In this document: positions 50,033 to 62,499 of the stretch, piece by piece
How the letters are laid out: each line of letters opens with the position of its first letter
Position numbering within the stretch: position 1 is the stretch's first letter
NCBI GenBank assembly: GCA_030704615.1
Contig: CM060731.1
Span: forward strand, 22,940,001 to 23,004,000
Length of the DNA: 64,000 nucleotides
Direction: 5' to 3'
From: Takakia lepidozioides
Lineage: Eukaryota; Plantae; Bryophyta
Position numbers and translations under genes: made by a program
Notes under the pieces: model-generated
What the model was told of the DNA's origin: nothing
The model's input: the letters and a program-made list of their open reading frames with translations, nothing else
Database searches by the model: none

Positions 50033-50639
50033 TAGTGGGCACTTGTCCTGGTCAATTGGATATTTTGTAACATGAAATAGCAGGTTGCGCTCCTATGAGA
50101 TATGCCACAGGTTATGGACAAGAAAGGGGTTCAAGTTGAATTCGTGTCCCCAAAAGGCTGGACCAGATTCATATTCAACCTGTTATGCAGCCTTTCAAAA
50201 CCCTCTCCACCAACCATGTTTCCCCTTCATGCCTTATTGAAGTGTTTTTGGCAGCTTGGTTTAGGATACAGTGTAACGAAGTAGTCTGGATATTTCTGGA
50301 GGTGGAGTGCGAAGGCTAGTGTGAATTGATGGGAAAGGCTAACCGCGAAGGTGAGAATAGTAGAGATGTTCAGGATTAGTGGCCAAACACATTGTAGTGT
50401 CTTGCAGTAGTTCATAAAATGTTGTTGCTGATTGAAGAGCACATTTTTTGTCCTACATACGCACCTGACAATGTGGTATGCTGGTGGCCTCATTACTGCG
50501 CTGCCAAGGGCTCCTAGCTTAAAGGTTGTGACGAGGATTGTGGAGGTATCTGAGAAAAAGCAAGGATTATTAGATTTAGTTTTCAAGTCAGCCAGGCATG
50601 GGCCTTCCCCATGTTGATCAATAACAAGGACCATGACTG

Positions 50640-50805
50640 GTGAAGGCCTTGGAAGGACATGGCTGTGTAGAAGAGATCTGGAAAGCTTGAACTGATTGTT
50701 TATATGAAGGTGAGTCCCACTAAGGGAGTGAGCCCCTTACTAAGGTAGTGTCAGTTCCCTATTGTTCTGCCCATAGTGGCTATGACACAATGTCTTATGA
50801 GTACA
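50640..50805 (+). mobile_element. Diverged 3' remnant of the 13754 LINE family
   Basis: Ends ACAATGTCTTATGAGTACA like 12987-13005 and 15347-15365; upstream AAGGTAGTGTC-type similarity. Confidence 0.6.
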
Positions 50806-50924
50806 TTCTCTCAGAGCATGTCTCCAATTCCATGTGCTTGGTGGATCTTTGGAATTGTGGATGAACGGGGCCACCCCAGGCACCGGTTTTTGGACCCTTA
50901 GTAGGGCGGCTCCAAATCATTAGT

Positions 50925-53900
50925 GATCCTTTGTCCAATATTGGTCATCCAGTTTCAGATGAAGATTTGGCATTTATTCTTCTTGGAAGTTTGCCACCTT
51001 TATATCAGACATTGGTAACATCATTTGGTACACATACTAGTGGTTTGATTATGGACCTAGTTATAAGACAATTAGAACTGCGTTGCAATCGAGAGAATCA
51101 TATCTTTGGTAGAAATAAGGCTACAATGCCATGAATGTCAAGACTTCGGGAAGTTCAAAGTCTTAGAAGGCAATGGTTAACTTTGCAAAGAAAGGGACCA
51201 AGATCAAGAAGAAGAAACACGGAGTCTGTTTTATTTGTGGCATGAGAGGTCATTATGCATGTAACTGCTTTAAGAAAAGCTAGACGATGAGAAGAGGGAG
51301 AAATATCAGAATGAGGTTTCAGTGGCAATTATGGCTGATAGAACTGAACTTCTTTGTTGTAGCTTTGTTAATCTCTACGAGTTGTAGAGATGTAAAGTCA
51401 ATTGATTCAGGGGCATCTCAACATATGACGTTCCAAAAAGAAGCATTCTCAACCTTCAAAGAACTCTCTGTGGGACACAAGGTGTATCTTGGAGACAGCA
51501 GTACTAGTCTTGATATCCATGGAAAAGGCACTATTGTGTTTCAATTATCATCTGGAGTGACCAAGGAGATCGAATGAGTTCTCTTTGTTACTGGATTGAC
51601 AAAGAACATATTGTCAGTGAGTCAGCTAACTGAGCAAGGTCTTACGGTTGTATTTTTTACCAATCATTGTTGGGTGAAGCTTGACAATGAAGTGATAGCT
51701 GAGGCAGTGAAAGATGCAAGATTGTACAAGCTGGTTAGGGTTGTCCAGGCTTTACATGCGGAGTGTACTACTACTCTCAAGCAAAGTGACCTCTGGCACC
51801 AGAGACTTGGACATGTCTCAATGCAAAGTTTGGCATACATGTCAGCTAACAATCTGGTTGAAAGCATGGATTTTACAGGAGATCGGATCTTGAGTTTTTG
51901 TGACGGATGTGTGTGTGGTAAACACCATTGCAACTCATTTCCAAAGGATGGAGGTTCTCGAACAAAAGAGATTCTTGAGCTGGTGCATACAGATCTATGC
52001 GGTCCTATGTCAATTGAATCTCATGGAGGTACAAAGTATTTCTTTACCTACATTGATGATTTTTCCAGGAAACATTTCTCTACACGATGCAAAACAAGTT
52101 TGGAGTTCTTGATAGGTTCAAAGCGTTCAAAACTTTGGTGGAGAATCAAACTGGAGGTGATTGCAGCCGACAGTGTCCATTTTTTGCTGTCACAACACTG
52201 TTTTTTCCAGACATAGAATAGCGGTAAATTATCATATTCCTATATGACAATGCCATCAAGAAAAAGAGACTAATATATAGAGGCTCATCTACATACACTT
52301 TCACACTTTTAAATCTCATTATCAAAAACCAGAATCTCTAGATGCTATGGACTTTTAAAAAATCCATCAAAGAATTGTCACAGTCCATAAAAAAAAACTT
52401 TAGGGATTTTTTTTAATATATGAGTTAGAACAAAGTCAAGAAAAGGGACTCTCTCAACCTTGCTTGGAGAATGAGTAATCAGGAATGAAAACTATCATTC
52501 AAAAATATCAAGTTAAAAAAAAAATTATGTACTGTTTTGAGCCTCAAAAGTATCTATTTTCGTAAAGTCCTTTATAACTAAATTATTTTGAAATAACAAA
52601 ACTTTTTTCATTACACGCATTCATTCATCATAAATGAAGAGTTGATTATAATCAAATTTCAAAAAACATTTATGAATTGATATTATCGCAATTTGAGAAT
52701 CTAGGTTTTAACAATCAATAATAGACGGTCAAGATTGTCAGTTGAAGCAAATCCGATGGTTGAGGATTCGTCACATCCTCCTTTATGTACTATTTACGTA
52801 CTCATGATCTTCCGTTTTTGGTCCACTCTAGTTTGCAATCACCCTGGAGAAAATATCAAAACTCTTCAGTGTGATGGTGGTGGTGGTGAGTACGTATCAA
52901 AGAGTTTTAACCAGTTCTGCATGGAGAATGGTATTGTGAAACAATCAACCACACCATATACGCCAGAACAGAACGGAGTTGTAGAGAGGAAGAATCGAAC
53001 AATTTGTTGAAAGTGTGAGGTGTATGTTGCAACACATGAGGCTGGATCAACGTTTCTGGGCAGAAACAATGGCGACTGCAACATACCTCCACAATCGACT
53101 TCCGACTAAGGCAATCTCTACAAAGACACCTGAAGAGGTTTGGAAGGGTGAGAAACCCTCAATTGATCATTTGCAAGTCTTTGGGTGTGTTGCATTTGCC
53201 CATGTTCCAAAAGTGGTAAGGAATAAATTGGATGCAAAAGCAATCAAGTGTATCTTCATTAGTTATTGTGAAAAGACCAAAGGGTATAAGTTATATAATC
53301 CTGAGAGCAAGTATGTAATCATCAGTCATGATGTTATATTCTATGAGTCCATGAACTTTCATCAGGATACAATAGTTCCAAGTTTGGACATGCAGAAAAA
53401 AAAAACATGGCTCTAACTCATGAAGATAAAATGGAAGAGAAGATTGTTGAAAAGATTGTTGAGGTTCAGATGGAGGAGGTACAATCTACTATGATTGAAA
53501 AACCCTCAAAGGTATCTTCTGCCTATTTCATTGACAGTGATAAACCTCAAAGTGTATCAGATGCAATGAGAAGTGGAAATTCTTCACAGTATGACTGGAA
53601 GGAAGCTATGGCATCTGAGTTTCAGTCTCTTTAGGATAATAAATTATAAGACTTGGAGTCTTGTTAAACTTTCACCTGGGCGACAGTCTGTTGGCTGCAA
53701 ATGGATTTTCAAGGTTAAGTACAATGCAGCTGGTTCTGTAGCAAGGTACAAAGCTCGTTTGGTTGTAAAAGGGTTTTCACAAATTGAATGTATTGATTAC
53801 AATGAAATCTTCTCTCATGTTGCACGGATGAAGTCAATTCGAGTGATTCTTGCGTTTGCTGCCATTGAAAATCTTGAGGTATATCAGATGGATGTATGTA

Positions 53901-54150
53901 TAACCTTTATCAATTGAAAGCTTATGGCATGGACCGGCCGGAGGGATTTGCTGTAAAAGGGAAAGAGAGGATGGTGTATAAACTCCTCAAGTCATTGTAT
54001 GGTTTGAAGTATTCCCCTAGGACATGGAATGACAAAATTGATGCATATTTCATGGCTGAAGAGTTTGAGATGAGCTCTGCTGATTATAATGTTTACTATA
54101 AGAGGACTCATGGGAACTCTTTTGTGATCATAACATTGTATGAATCTTTG
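50925..54150 (+). mobile_element. Decayed Ty1/Copia LTR-retrotransposon internal region (gag-PR-INT-RT), no LTRs seen
   Basis: LLGSLPPLY (gag), CFICGMRGH knuckle, IDSGASQHM (PR), LWHQRLGH, VHTDLCGP, TPEQNGVVERKNRT (INT), YKARLVVKGFSQ and LLKSLYGLK (RT); many stops and frameshifts. Confidence 0.93.
52156..52843. mobile_element. AT-rich MITE inserted in the Copia integrase; TIR GGTGATTGCA, 5-bp TSD CTGGA
   Basis: GGTGATTGCA...TGCAATCACC flanked by CTGGA (52151-52155, 52844-52848). Removing it restores ENQTGENIKTLQ. Confidence 0.88.
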
Positions 54151-54856
54151 TAATGAAGGTAGTTTGAACCCCCAAGAAACACATGATACAAAGCAACTCC
54201 TGCTAAACCTGACTTTTGCCCCTCATTTTCTGCATGGACATGGCATTCCTACCACAGATTACGAATGTGTGGAATAAACACTCCACAATTGGCTTCAGGC
54301 CAGTATTGCATTTTTTATTTTTTTTTCTTGTTTTTTTTTTTTTTCCCAAAACAGGGGACGGAACCCTGAAATCAATTTCATTCCAAATTGGCACCTTCGT
54401 TTAGGGCACTCAAGGAAACATGAATTTGTGAGTTTGAGAACATATTAATTTATATTCTGTAATTGTTTTCCCCGAATAACTTATTAATAACATTTATCAG
54501 TTCTGTTTCAGAAACAAATTGTAATTAAAATCTGAGAAGAACAAAATTCCCATCCCCCTCTTTTAAAATAATTTCCCTCCTTCTTTTAAAATAAATTTAA
54601 AAACAATTAAGAGAAAAAGTGAATATTAGCTGTCGACCGAATATTGTTCTGGGATATTCTAGGATTCCATGAACGATTGTGTCAAGCGACGCAGTCGGTA
54701 GTTGGGCCGTGTGTTCGGTCCTCACTTGTGTGAAATTGTTGGCGTTGCTGTGCAGGAATTGAGAGCAGCTTTATCACGCGGCCGATGGCAGCAAGGCCCC
54801 GCATCACCTGTGCTGCTGTTTCGTAGTTGTGGAGTAGAGAGTGTGAGTTCCTAACA

Positions 54857-57415
54857 ATGTCCTTCGCTGCATTCTACCGCATCCAGAAAGAATGTGTCAT
54901 ATCCTTCTCACAGGAGGAGTTGCTGGACAGCGTTCAAGAGTGGAATGATGATGCAGGCGGCACGCTGAACCAGCCTCCCAGAGCATTATTATTAGTGGAT
55001 GACTCTTCTTCCCACTCTTTGGATGCTCTGCCAACAAGCTCTCAAAAATCCTGGTCAGAAACCTCCGAAACGAACGTGTCTCCACCAGTTGAACGAGTAT
55101 CTCCGCCAGATATACTATTTAGGAATGGCGAGGGGGACACGTTGTCGAGAATCATGGCACACGATGATACTATTGTGGAAATAGAAGATATTATCGATGA
55201 TGTTCTTGCGGATTTAAGGGATGAAACAGACAAAGGCTTGAAGATACGTGCAGATGACGGCAGTAAGAGCGAAGGCAGTTACGACCACGCACTCGAGAGT
55301 GAACCTTGCGAGTTTCCTAGGGAATACGTTGCACGCCATATTTCCAAGGTTTGCCCGAGTATAGTGCCCTTCCAGTCTATTATCGGTGAACCACAGCTTG
55401 AAAACAGCAGCTTCCAATCAGTTCCAGCGGTAACGCAGCGACCAAAAGCTCAATCTGTTGCCAATGTTACCTCGGTTGCAGCCACTGAATCTATACCTGG
55501 TGAGTCTCTCATAGAGGATGAGATAGCAATACCTCAGCCTGTCGTTGCGATTCTAAAAGGAGACAGCGAATACATGCAAGGGCAACTCACACCGATTACG
55601 CCAAGCATCTTTGAACCCGTGACCAGTGAGACTGTCGTTGCTGTCCTGAAAGCGCACAGCGAAGAGATGCACGAACTACCCGTCTCATCTCCCGTGCCGA
55701 GGCAAGGCACTGATGCGACTGACGAGACGGTGCCGGCAATGTCGATTGCAAGCCAAGTTTCTGTGAATGTGAGCCTGATGGAAGCGGGCGCTCCTTTGCC
55801 AGCTCGAGATGGGAGAGAAGTGGTGAATGCAAATCAGAGCTCAGCACTCTTGCTTATAGAAGCTACCAAGGAATCTGTTGAGGGAATGGATATGGATCCT
55901 GCAGATTTGCCGATGATGTCGAAGCCAACCAGTTGGGAAAGAGATAGAGAGGAGGAGATAGGCCCTGACACTCCGCGTTTGGCAGATGGTACAGTAAATG
56001 CTGAGGAGGCAAACCTAATGAGGAGATGGACCTCAACAAAATTTGAAATGGAGAATCTCATTTTGCACCTAGCGAGCCGTGAGACAGGGAGAGAAGATGC
56101 TGAATCCTGTAGTGCCTGCTTGGGTAATGGAAGAGTTAAAGTGGAGGAGGCAAATTGGCTAGATAGCCAAGGACTTGTAACATTCCAGAATGCAAGGGAG
56201 GATCTAGTCTGCAACCGATCGGGACACGGACAAGCGAAAGCAGAAATAGGCTCAGATCTTTATCCTAGTAATGACCTAGCGACCAGTGCAGAGCAGAGGG
56301 ACAAAGATCACAGATTGAGTGTGACAGAGCTTGCAATGAACCGTCCATTTACAGAGCCAAACACTGGCCCGGGAGGTATATGTAAGATAGAGGAAGCTGA
56401 GTTGAGCATAGAGAGGTCTCTCAAGGACAGAGTCAGTATAAAAGAAACGATGCAGAGAGAGAGCATCGAGCGACTGGATATGAAGCTGCCGAAAACTGAA
56501 GACTTTATGATGGAGCTGGCTAGTCAGACACTGAATGACAGAGCTCGACTGGAAGAAGGTAGCCCATGCACACCTTATAAAGAAATTGCCAATGCTGAGG
56601 GAGCAAAAAGGCGAAGAAAGGTAGAAGGGAAGCGTATTCAATCGGATCGCGCGATGGACCGTCCCTTCACAGAGCTAATTAGTGAGCCAGGATGTAAAAG
56701 AGAGAAAAATGAAACTAACCTGACCATAGAGAGATGTGTGAATGCTACAACACAGACAAAAGAAGCAGCCCAGCTGGAGCTGCCGACTGTAGAGTCAATG
56801 AGGGAGGTGGCTACTGAAACGCAAAACGACGGAGAGACGAAAGAAGGTAGCACACGCGCCCACTCCCCTGGAGATAGACGAAGTGCCCATGTTAAGGATA
56901 CAATTAGGGTAAAGCAAGTAGAGAGGACGGAGCTTTCAAAGGAGCATCCAAGTGTGCATTCAGTGCTAACACTTGCAAATCAATCAGGCCACAGAAAGTC
57001 AAGAGGAGGAGGTAGCCTGAGCTCTCCAGGCCATGGTGACAAACAAGTGGCATATGTCGGGGAGGCGAGCAGGACACAAACAGTGGTGAAGGTGGAGAAT
57101 ACATGTTCAAGTCTAGTGAGGGAGCAGAATACCGGATTACAGAAAAACGAGATGGAGAAGGGTGTCCCCGGCGCCAGCCGCAAGAAGAAAGTGATCAACC
57201 TGAGAGCACCAAGCAGAAGAGATAAAGTGCAGAGAAGAGAAGAGACACAGGTCTTGCAGGTCCGCGACTTTCCAAAGACTGTGATGGCGGCAGTCCAAAT
57301 TTATTCAGGCTCATTGCCTGATCCTCCAGAAGATGACACATGTACTGTTTTGAATGTACTCATGCGTGGGGGAATTTCTTTTCCTCTTCGCCTCCATCGA
57401 CACAATGTCCGGTAG
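54857..57415 (+). CDS. Long acidic, probably disordered hypothetical protein with internal repeats (5' exon structure uncertain)
   Basis: About 2.5 kb open frame, Glu/Ser/Thr-rich, with duplicated motifs AMNRPFTE/AMDRPFTE and VVAILKGDSE/VVAVLKAHSE. Likely acceptor TCACAG at 54912. Confidence 0.7.
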   Translation: MSFAAFYRIQKECVISFSQEELLDSVQEWNDDAGGTLNQPPRALLLVDDSSSHSLDALPTSSQKSWSETSETNVSPPVERVSPPDILFRNGEGDTLSRIMAHDDTIVEIEDIIDDVLADLRDETDKGLKIRADDGSKSEGSYDHALESEPCEFPREYVARHISKVCPSIVPFQSIIGEPQLENSSFQSVPAVTQRPKAQSVANVTSVAATESIPGESLIEDEIAIPQPVVAILKGDSEYMQGQLTPITPSIFEPVTSETVVAVLKAHSEEMHELPVSSPVPRQGTDATDETVPAMSIASQVSVNVSLMEAGAPLPARDGREVVNANQSSALLLIEATKESVEGMDMDPADLPMMSKPTSWERDREEEIGPDTPRLADGTVNAEEANLMRRWTSTKFEMENLILHLASRETGREDAESCSACLGNGRVKVEEANWLDSQGLVTFQNAREDLVCNRSGHGQAKAEIGSDLYPSNDLATSAEQRDKDHRLSVTELAMNRPFTEPNTGPGGICKIEEAELSIERSLKDRVSIKETMQRESIERLDMKLPKTEDFMMELASQTLNDRARLEEGSPCTPYKEIANAEGAKRRRKVEGKRIQSDRAMDRPFTELISEPGCKREKNETNLTIERCVNATTQTKEAAQLELPTVESMREVATETQNDGETKEGSTRAHSPGDRRSAHVKDTIRVKQVERTELSKEHPSVHSVLTLANQSGHRKSRGGGSLSSPGHGDKQVAYVGEASRTQTVVKVENTCSSLVREQNTGLQKNEMEKGVPGASRKKKVINLRAPSRRDKVQRREETQVLQVRDFPKTVMAAVQIYSGSLPDPPEDDTCTVLNVLMRGGISFPLRLHRHNVR

Positions 57416-59179
57416 GATCTCTCGCACACATTGTCTCTCAATGGGCGTGGACCTGGGTGGCGGGGATCTTCTGCTCTTGGGCAGCCCTTTCCCTCCCTCG
57501 TTTCCTCTATCGCAGTAGTGATTTGTACAATGTTTCCTTGATGCCTGAGTTCCAGGGAATACACCTTTTGATCTGCAGAGGTACATTACGTCGCTGTCTG
57601 TAGGTAGACCTTACTCAAATCTGCACGCGTGTATTGGAAACTGTGGCAACGATATTGTGCTTGGCAACGACAGATTCTTCCCTCGGTCAAGGTATAGAGA
57701 ATCTCTCAATCCGAAAGTCTCGGAACTTCAGCTAAGGAATCCAGACATGCGTGCATACGGGTGCTGTTTCTGTTTCTCTCACCACTTAAGGCGATGAAGC
57801 ACATAAGCCCAAAACTTAATCTTGCTTTCACGGATGGAGGTTCGCTCTCAGAAAGTTGGTGGTGGAAGACAAAACGAGTCAAGGTATGTGTGTCAAGATT
57901 AAATACACTGTCATGTAAAAGGCATTTCAGATTCCATAATACAGATCACAACTGCGTCTTGAAAAGCTCAACACAAGATTTGGGAAGGGGAGGTTTGATG
58001 GGACACCAACAATTCGCGCAGCCCATCAAAGCATGATTAATCCTTCAACTCAGGTAGGGCTTAGGGCCTCCAACACAGCTCGACAACACCCTTCACATAA
58101 GCATCATTGTTGTGTGTACACAGTATGTGAGAGAGACAGACAGAGCTAAGGTATGTAAAAAGCTTGAAACGCTTGAAACGGAACTCTGTGGGTCACCACA
58201 TGTGACTGCCAATGAAATGCAATTTTGGAATGGAAAACTGTTAGCGGAAAAAAGGACTGCATGAATGAATTAAACAACAATGAGCTCTTTTGGCAAGAAT
58301 GAGTGGAGAGGTCTCTGGATCAGGAAAACCTTGTAAGCACAACAATATTACAGACCGACGTCACTCTCACATGCTTCAAGAAGTGGTCATAATCAATATT
58401 CGAGAAGAGGATTGACAATCTTTGCAAGGGAATACAACATGCAATGAGTTGGGATGGTAGGCAGGCAAGCCCTCAAAGAGAGAAGACCCGGTCAATGGAC
58501 CGGCATAACTAAGAGCCACTTCATCTTGCGACTACTCGGCCCTTTCGAGGGTGGGCCCTATGGCAAGCCCTCATATACATATCACAATGATGAATGCTAG
58601 AATGGGGTAGAATGACTTCAAAACAAGACTGTTGTCCACTTGCAGAATGGGCTCAGGAAGGATCACATGAGAATCTGAGTCACGGATTGCTGTAGTCCAT
58701 TCAATGCAAGTAGTGGTCAAAATGTTGATGAACTAGTTGTGTGAGTATACAGAGTATGCACAGATTTGCTATCAGCAGCAAACAATGCAGAGTGATGAGG
58801 CGGAAAAGCGAAATTGAGCAAGAGAGCATTGGGCTTTATGCCCACAATTGCTTACATACATCTCGGCATCAGGCTGAAAAATGACAACCAACACATGATA
58901 TTCCTTACCGGGAGTGACGTACTCTGTAGAGGCTTCGATGAGTGAAGAGGAAGAGAGGTCAATAGCACTATCTTTTAAAGTAAAGACTCCATGTTACACC
59001 CTACCTTCAGTACCTTTGTAAAAACCACACAATCCCAAGCCTGAAACCAAGGGTGGACCACAGGAACGTCATATGAAGTGTCGAAAACCAAATCAAAGAA
59101 GGGAAACAAGAAGCCTTGTCACTCATGCTGTATGTACCTATTCCTGATATCTTGGGGTCCACATTCTTAACACTCTGCA

Positions 59180-62100
59180 TGGACGTGGCACTGCATGGAC
59201 CAGTTGTTCATGCTTCAGAACGTATTCCCTGTTTGGCTTGTGGTCGCATTTTCGCTCGAATCAGAGGTTTGGCTCGCCACCAATGCACTTGCATAGCCTT
59301 TCGGCAAGCTAACCATGAATGTTCTTCTGTGCCCACTCCCCTCAGTGTCTTGCAGGCTCCCCCTCCATCCACTGCATGGACGTGGCTCTCCTCATTGGAT
59401 GTCCTTGAAGCTTTTCATTTGGGAAATTGCCCCGCCCCCGCCCCCGGCTCTACACACGCATCCCGGTGGCCCTTTGTCAAGAGGTCCAACATTGCTTTCG
59501 CATGCCTTTAGACAAACTAGCCCGGGATCCCGGTGACGTGTCGGCGTGGTATCTTCTTTTATTGTTTGCCCAGTGGTGCTTGGTCCAGCCACCACGTGGT
59601 GGCGAAGCTGGTTATAGAGAGACTTGCATCCGGCTCCGACGCTTTCTTGCGGGAGACTGGGAGAATCTTCAAGACGAGCAATATCTCCGACCACAAACCC
59701 TGGCAGCACGTACTTCTGCTGACACTTCCTCACAATCAAGCTCTTCTGCTCACTGACAGCTTCGGCACAGCCTCATGTTGGGACAGGTAGAAGACGGGTA
59801 GGCGAGTATTCCCGTGCAGCTCGCGCTCTCGCACCATTTGCCCCCGCCCCACCTTCTACGTCACTATTACCGCTCTGCATGCCGAGCTCTCCATCTTGAG
59901 GCAGACAACATCCTTCCAGCTTTTGTCGATGACTTCGAGCCGGATCAGGACCTTCAGCTAGATCTCTCTCTGTTCACCAAGGCCTTTATCCGCAGTCTGC
60001 ATCTTTCCGCGTGCACCATGCCCATCTGGTATGTTATATAAATATTTGCGCAACTGTTTTTCTTCACAAGACTCTGCTAGTGGCTTCTCCCAACTCTTTC
60101 AAGTCTATTCCTACATAGCCGCTGGCCGCATCCCTTCTCGAATGTTACGTCAGCCTCCCTACTAGCCATGACCAAACACTCTGGAAATGGCATCCGTCCC
60201 ATTGCCATCGGGGAAGTTTTGTATCGTCTTGTCAGTGGCAAACAAAGGTCCCCCCATTACAGGACGGTGTAGTCGCCAGTATGAGAACGGTAACTGTAGA
60301 AAAGGGGGGCGACAGAAGCATAAAATAATTTGACAAAAGGGATGAGTTGGTGGAATCTCCTCCAGCTGAGCAAAGTTCTTGGAAGATGGCGCTGTGGGAG
60401 ATGGAGTCGAAGGTGTTTGCTACATCGACTTGAAAGACAACAGACTCTGGGTGAAGGTCGAGAATAGCCCGAATCCCATATACCACAGCCAGCTCACAAC
60501 CGCCTTGAGTGACAACACCAAACTGATGTGGGAAGAGATCAGCAGAGAATGCATTACAGTACTACATGATAAGGGAACGGTGGCACATCTGCGCACCTTT
60601 ATGTCATCTGCAGCAGCATTCCCAACGTGTCAGTTCCCCTCGGTTGCTGACGACATTCACATCATTGGTCCGGCCTGCAAGGTGCTCCCGACGTACTACC
60701 ACTTCGCCGCTCAGCTAAAGGGTGTGGGGCTATCGGTTCAACCTCGCAAGTGTGTTGCATGGTCTCCAGCCGCCTTCCCCCCAGACTTTGTACCTCCTGT
60801 GCAAACGAGGTACTTCATCACAATATTGTCTGACGGCATTCGCGTCTTGGGCGTTCCCTTCGGTATAAGTACCACATCTTTTACTTCCTCTTTCTTGGAG
60901 AATGCCTTTGATCAAGATGTCATTCATTCCGATCTCCTTCCTCGCCTCGGGGACCTACAGGTAGCCTATGGCATCCTAATGAAATGTGCTATGTAGTGGC
61001 CATCCTACCTTCTCAAGACTTTCCCTCCTACTCCTGAGTTTTTGCGGTTATTGACAGGGTTTGATGCTACCATCATGAATATCTTTGGTCACCTTCTGGG
61101 ACCGGGGGCTTTGGATGGATCCAATGGGACTTTAGCTCGCCAACAAACTATCTTTCCCATCTCCTTTGGAGGTGTAGGCAGCTTGCTCTCCACAATCAGC
61201 ACTTCCCTCTCAACATTCTTGGGCAGTTGGGCACTGATCGGCCTTGCCCTTGCATCTCGCTTTCTGTGCAGTCAACGACCCCCGCTCATGGACCCCATTG
61301 CTCACGTCGACACTGGCACCTTCCCTTCCCAACAACATCTTCGCTCTGTACGAGATCTTCTTCCGGCACCAGCACGAGCGCATCTTCCTCCATTCGAGCA
61401 GTTGCTTGCCCAAGGCATTGATCACCTATAGGAGACTATCATGGACCGTGTGCACCGACACTCCTTCTCCGGCATGCATTCCAGTAGCTCTTCCTCTAAT
61501 GTGCATCATGCCAAGCTTCTATCTTGTGCACGACCAGGTGCAAGCGCATGGCCAGTGAAAGCGCGACCCACCATTACCCTCTTTCGTTTGTCATCACCCA
61601 ACGGCCCTTCGTTTGCGACGTGGGTTACCACATCCTTCTGTGTTAGGCTTGCCACATTGTGTTTGTCACCAGTCTATTGACGCACTTGTTGTCCACCTCA
61701 TTTGAGGTCCATGTGGGGGAGATCGCATTGCCACCCATGACGTCGTCCGAGACGCTGACGTGGCATCGATTATGCGAGAGGCTAGTTTCCATGTCATATG
61801 AGAGCAATCTCATGTCCTCCTTTCTCACACTCTTCAATCCACACGACGACACGTCGACATCATCATGTCTAAAGATGATCTTCACACCCTAGCCGACGTT
61901 ATCATTGCCGACCCTACCCGCAACCTACTTTCATGTTCAGCATCCTCCCACGGCTCAACGGTTTCGTTGCTTCTCATAATCAAGGAACTCGACTATCGGG
62001 ACAGACACGCCTACTGATACTTTCATCCTCTTGGCTGTGGAGGTATTTGGCTATCTCCATCGCCAGTGTGACGACCTACTCCGTTCATGTGCCCATCAAG

Positions 62101-62425
62101 CGGCTCAAAACAAGACCACGGACATTCCATATGCCTCTGTTCTTGTGGCTTTTTACAGACAAATTGTCGTTGCATTACAGAGAGCTCAGGCAATGGTCAT
62201 TTTACATCGGGCGGACGTAACTGGATCAGCTTCATCCCACCTCCCAACTCTCCTAGACATTATGCCCATGTTGCCCTCCGACCTACTTCAGGCAGAGGTT
62301 GGGATGACTGATTAGTTTGAATAGTTTAGTTTAGCTTGCTTCCCTTTCCTCCCTTCTTTGTTCTTTCATAGGTTTTGGGGTTTCTCTATCATATGTTCAA
62401 ATACCTCATGTTTCATGTAAATAAA
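59180..62425 (+). mobile_element. Degenerate RLE-type (CRE/R2-group-like) non-LTR retrotransposon with an internal inversion
   Basis: N-terminal C2H2-like CLACGRIFARIRGLARH; RT GIRPIAIGEVLYRLV, (inverted) PHQFG...QVDVANTFDS, SVADD, GIRVLGVPFG, GGVG; C-terminal RHVDII...LADVIIADPT and LAVEVFGYLH, a restriction-like endonuclease signature. Confidence 0.82.
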
Positions 62426-62499
62426 GTTGTACAGGTATTCATCTTGACTACCCTCCAAGGACACGCCAACCCACAACCACCCCACAGACAAGAATGCAA

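Noticed and set aside
50867-50912. Tiny GGGGCCACCC...GGGCGGCTCC inverted-end element
   Set aside because: Only ~45 bp, imperfect ends, no TSD.
57600-59120. Additional gene or TE
   Set aside because: No interpretable ORF or motif by eye.
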